Of a stretch of DNA of 60,609 nucleotides, positions 57,732-60,609 are shown piece by piece. The position numbers were made by a program, and so were the translations under genes. The notes under the pieces were generated by a model that saw only the letters and a list, made by a program, of their open reading frames with translations, had not been told where the DNA came from and did not search any database. The number at the start of each line of letters is the position of its first letter. Within the stretch, counting starts at the first letter, position 1. The DNA comes from Verrucomicrobiales bacterium (GTDB lineage Bacteria; Verrucomicrobiota; Verrucomicrobiia; Verrucomicrobiales; V1-33). Where the stretch lies: positions 1-60,609 of the forward strand of contig JANOAV010000196.1 of assembly GCA_031411295.1 (NCBI GenBank). Reading direction: 5' to 3'.

Positions 57732-58994
57732 TCAAGCACTGGTTAATTTGAGCATGCGACCGTGGGCGTTCAGACCCCACCATTTACCCCGATGTTTAAA
57801 GCCGTGTAGCGGGAAGTAGGGGGAAGCCGAAAGTTTCCCATGCTGCCAAACGAATTCCGGATGCATCGCCTCAAGCGAGAGACTTTTGATCCCACTCTTG
57901 GGGGCGGCGGCCGCCTGCTTGATGGCGGTCGTGGCCTTGGCTTTCGAGTAGCCGGCCAGTCGGAATGGTTCGTCAAACAGGCCAAAATCCAGCATGCCAC
58001 CCGTTTGTGCCTGCACCCGGGCGGCCACTTTGGATCCCACCAAGGGAACAATGTAGTAGGCGCCATCCGCCTTGCTCGCATGGTGCACCAGGATGGGTTC
58101 CGCCGAACGCGGGGTGGCACGTTTGTTTCCCTTCCCCAAATGTTCGCCCCACTGCGGCCGCAGATGCAGTTCCCCCTGACGCACGGCCGCTTGCACCGCC
58201 CGCTGCGCCACTTCAGGAGCAATCACTGACTGCGGTAACGGCACCGCCGCATCTGCCCCGCCGCCACGCGGATGCTTGGTCTTGTCTCCGCTGCTATCGG
58301 TTGGAAATTTATCCTGCAAATGTCCGCCCACCCCTTTGGGAACGATGGCCACGCGATGATTTTTCCACGGTCCATCTTCAAAGGCGGCCGACATCCAATC
58401 AGGAGTTTCCTCCCAATCTCCGAGTGGTGTTAGGGTTAACTTCTCGCGCCCACTGGTGGGGCCACAGAGATCGCCCGGGTGATGAAAAAAGCGATCGGTG
58501 GGGCGCTGATCAGGCGCTTCCAATTGGTGATTCAGCGGTTGACCACAATTGATCGATTCGAGATCCAGGATCTGCGATGCATCCCCCACGGCCTTGGTGA
58601 TCTTCTGCGTTGCGGTATAGCCGACCACACTAATCCAATGGCCACCGCCTTGGACCAGCGCGATGGAAGGCGCGTTGTAAAGCTCGATGCCCGCTGCCAT
58701 GGCCATGACTAACGGCCCCGGATCATCACTAACCGCGAGCGTATATTGCACGGGCGTCACCCCCGGCCATCGTTTGTTCATAATCTTGACCAGCAAATCT
58801 GGTGCGCTGTGCCAGGTATCGAAATCCAGGGTCCCCGGCTTGCCCCGAGCCATATCATACAAGTCACTTTGCAGCTTCTTGCTGATATCAAAACCCATTC
58901 CACCCAAACAAGTCAGCACGCTGGCTGGTCCGCAGTAGCCTTCAATATCGGGTTGGTGTTGCTGGCAGCCCGGAATGAGTTTCGAGTAATTCAT
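57732..58994 (-). CDS. Papain-fold (C39-like) cysteine peptidase with an unknown C-terminal domain
   Basis: Q.....YCGPAS (Gln, Cys) and GHWISVVGY (His). Start 58994 or 59087. Confidence 0.7.
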   Translation of the reverse strand: MNYSKLIPGCQQHQPDIEGYCGPASVLTCLGGMGFDISKKLQSDLYDMARGKPGTLDFDTWHSAPDLLVKIMNKRWPGVTPVQYTLAVSDDPGPLVMAMAAGIELYNAPSIALVQGGGHWISVVGYTATQKITKAVGDASQILDLESINCGQPLNHQLEAPDQRPTDRFFHHPGDLCGPTSGREKLTLTPLGDWEETPDWMSAAFEDGPWKNHRVAIVPKGVGGHLQDKFPTDSSGDKTKHPRGGGADAAVPLPQSVIAPEVAQRAVQAAVRQGELHLRPQWGEHLGKGNKRATPRSAEPILVHHASKADGAYYIVPLVGSKVAARVQAQTGGMLDFGLFDEPFRLAGYSKAKATTAIKQAAAAPKSGIKSLSLEAMHPEFVWQHGKLSASPYFPLHGFKHRGKWWGLNAHGRMLKLTSA

Positions 58995-59176
58995 AAAGTG
59001 TAATCTACCTTGGTTAGTGAATTGGATTCCGCCAGCAAAGGCGAGGAGGGCTGAGGTCAGCCTTAGGCAAATCGCATGAGGTTTCAACTGCTATTCCATC
59101 TCCCCAAAAATCGCGTGCATTGAGTTGCACTCTAAACCGCTGGACGAATGTAAATTTCCCGCTACCACTGAAACCT

Positions 59177-60508
59177 ATGTCTGTCCCTCTGAATCTCCTG
59201 CTCGATTTCCTTCGTTTCCCCAGCATTTCCACCGACAGTGCCAATGCGGGCGATGTTCTACGCTGTGCTGAATGGCTGGCGGCCCAGTGCCATGACGCGG
59301 GGCTCAGCGCCAAAATTTACCCCACCGCCAAGCATCCCGTAGTGCTGGCCAAAAATGCGCATAAAGCCGGGCGACCGCACGTGGTGATTTACGGCCACTA
59401 CGACGTGCAACCCGTCGATGATCCCAAGCATGTCTGGCTGAGCAAACCCTTCGATCCGGTGATTCGGGATAATGTAATTTATGCCCGCGGAGCCACAGAT
59501 AACAAAGGCCAACTCATGGCTCACCTCTGTGGTGTGGCGGCCACCATGGAGCAGCATGGCGATTTACCCGTCAATCTAACCTTCCTCTTCGAAGGTGAGG
59601 AAGAGATCGGCAGCCCGAACTTGGCCCCGTTCCTCGAACAACATCGGGCGGAATTGGACTGCGATATCATCGCCATATCGGACACTGGCATGGTGGCACC
59701 CGGCGTGCCCACCTTCACCTACGGACTGCGCGGCATTTCCTGCTTCGAGATCGTGCTGCACGGCCCCAGCGTGGATCTTCATTCCGGCATCTTTGGCGGA
59801 GCCGTGGCCAATCCCGCCACCATGCTCGCGCGGTTAGTGGCAACCCTGCATAACGCCGATGGCCGCGTGGCCATCGACGGCTTCTACGACGAAGTCCGTC
59901 CGCTCCAAGACTGGGAACGCGAAGCCTGGAAACCTCTGTGCAATGAAGCGGAAACCCTGCAACTCACAGGCAGCCCCGCGTTGTTTGGCGAGGTAGGATT
60001 TACCGATGTCGAACGTCGCTGGGCCCGTCCCACTGCCGAGGTAAACGGTATCGGCGGAGGTTACCAAGGCGAAGGTTCCAAGACCGTGATCGGCACCTCT
60101 GCGTTCGCGAAACTTTCCTTCCGCCTCGTGCCAGACCAGAATCCCGAGACCATCCAAAGGCAAATTGTAGCGCATCTGCAACGCCACGTCTCCCCGGCGG
60201 TGCGCTTGGAAATCAAGGTCGGCCATAGCGGGAAACCCTACGCCATGGACCCACACTCCCGTTTCGGTCAAGCGGCCCAGCGCGCCCTCCAGAGCACCTT
60301 CCCAGGCCCGCTGGCCCTGATTCGCGAAGGCGGCAGCATCCCCATCGTGCAAAGCTTCCGCGACATCCTGGGCGCTGAGACCCTGCTGTTAGGATTAGCC
60401 CTGCCCGACTGCCAGGCGCACGCCCCCAACGAGAATTTCCCCATCGCAAACTTCGAAGGCGGACAGAAATTGAATCATTATTTGTTGGAAGAGCTAGCCA
60501 AAGCCTAA
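59177..60508 (+). CDS. M20-family dipeptidase
   Basis: YGHYDVQP, ARGATDNKG, EGEEEIGS, DLHSG, GGSIP, HAPNE. Confidence 0.93.
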   Translation: MSVPLNLLLDFLRFPSISTDSANAGDVLRCAEWLAAQCHDAGLSAKIYPTAKHPVVLAKNAHKAGRPHVVIYGHYDVQPVDDPKHVWLSKPFDPVIRDNVIYARGATDNKGQLMAHLCGVAATMEQHGDLPVNLTFLFEGEEEIGSPNLAPFLEQHRAELDCDIIAISDTGMVAPGVPTFTYGLRGISCFEIVLHGPSVDLHSGIFGGAVANPATMLARLVATLHNADGRVAIDGFYDEVRPLQDWEREAWKPLCNEAETLQLTGSPALFGEVGFTDVERRWARPTAEVNGIGGGYQGEGSKTVIGTSAFAKLSFRLVPDQNPETIQRQIVAHLQRHVSPAVRLEIKVGHSGKPYAMDPHSRFGQAAQRALQSTFPGPLALIREGGSIPIVQSFRDILGAETLLLGLALPDCQAHAPNENFPIANFEGGQKLNHYLLEELAKA

Positions 60509-60557
60509 CCCCCAGGAATATCCGTTGGCGTCCCGCCTTTAAGCAGTGCAACCGAGT

Positions 60558-60609
60558 GTGGGAGCAGTCCGCTGGACTGCTCAAGCGCGCCCTTCCGAGC
60601 AGTCCAGCG
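60558..60609. repeat. REP doublet cut by the window edge
   Basis: GTGGGAGCAGTCCGCTGGACTGCTC (itself a hairpin), then the start of its reverse complement GAGCAGTCCAGCG at 60597. Confidence 0.7.

Overview
About 60 kb of a moderately GC-rich bacterial chromosome. It is most likely Verrucomicrobiota, inferred from three PEP-CTERM proteins, SHD1-like domains, a sigma factor with a long C-terminal extension and palindromic REP-like repeats. Housekeeping genes (nrdR, ribH-nusB, sdhC, cysS, acpP, an RpoD-type sigma, RluA, HrpB, tRNA-Trp, tRNA-Leu) alternate with accessory stretches. The best candidate for an undescribed system is at 28978-30278: a sigma70-like promoter, a 26-codon ORF missing from the ORF track (MSILEMLCASLDVQLNTVPTTITAVP), a terminator-like stem-loop, and an intact MvdC/MvdD-type (graspetide) ATP-grasp ligase, with a diverged Mpl-like Mur ligase converging on it. 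Other notable items: an ECF sigma factor fused through a membrane segment to a blue-copper (azurin-like) domain; a PadR gene with a HAAS-membrane-VIT-vWA-PEP-CTERM protein; two REP doublets inserted in frame inside hrpB; a candidate structured RNA and tandem NrdR boxes between nrdR and ribH; a possible split MnmC-like pair; a small island with a katG remnant, a RES-domain protein and an orphan antitoxin; and the end of an IS5-family element at the left edge. All family calls come from reading motifs by eye, not from database searches.
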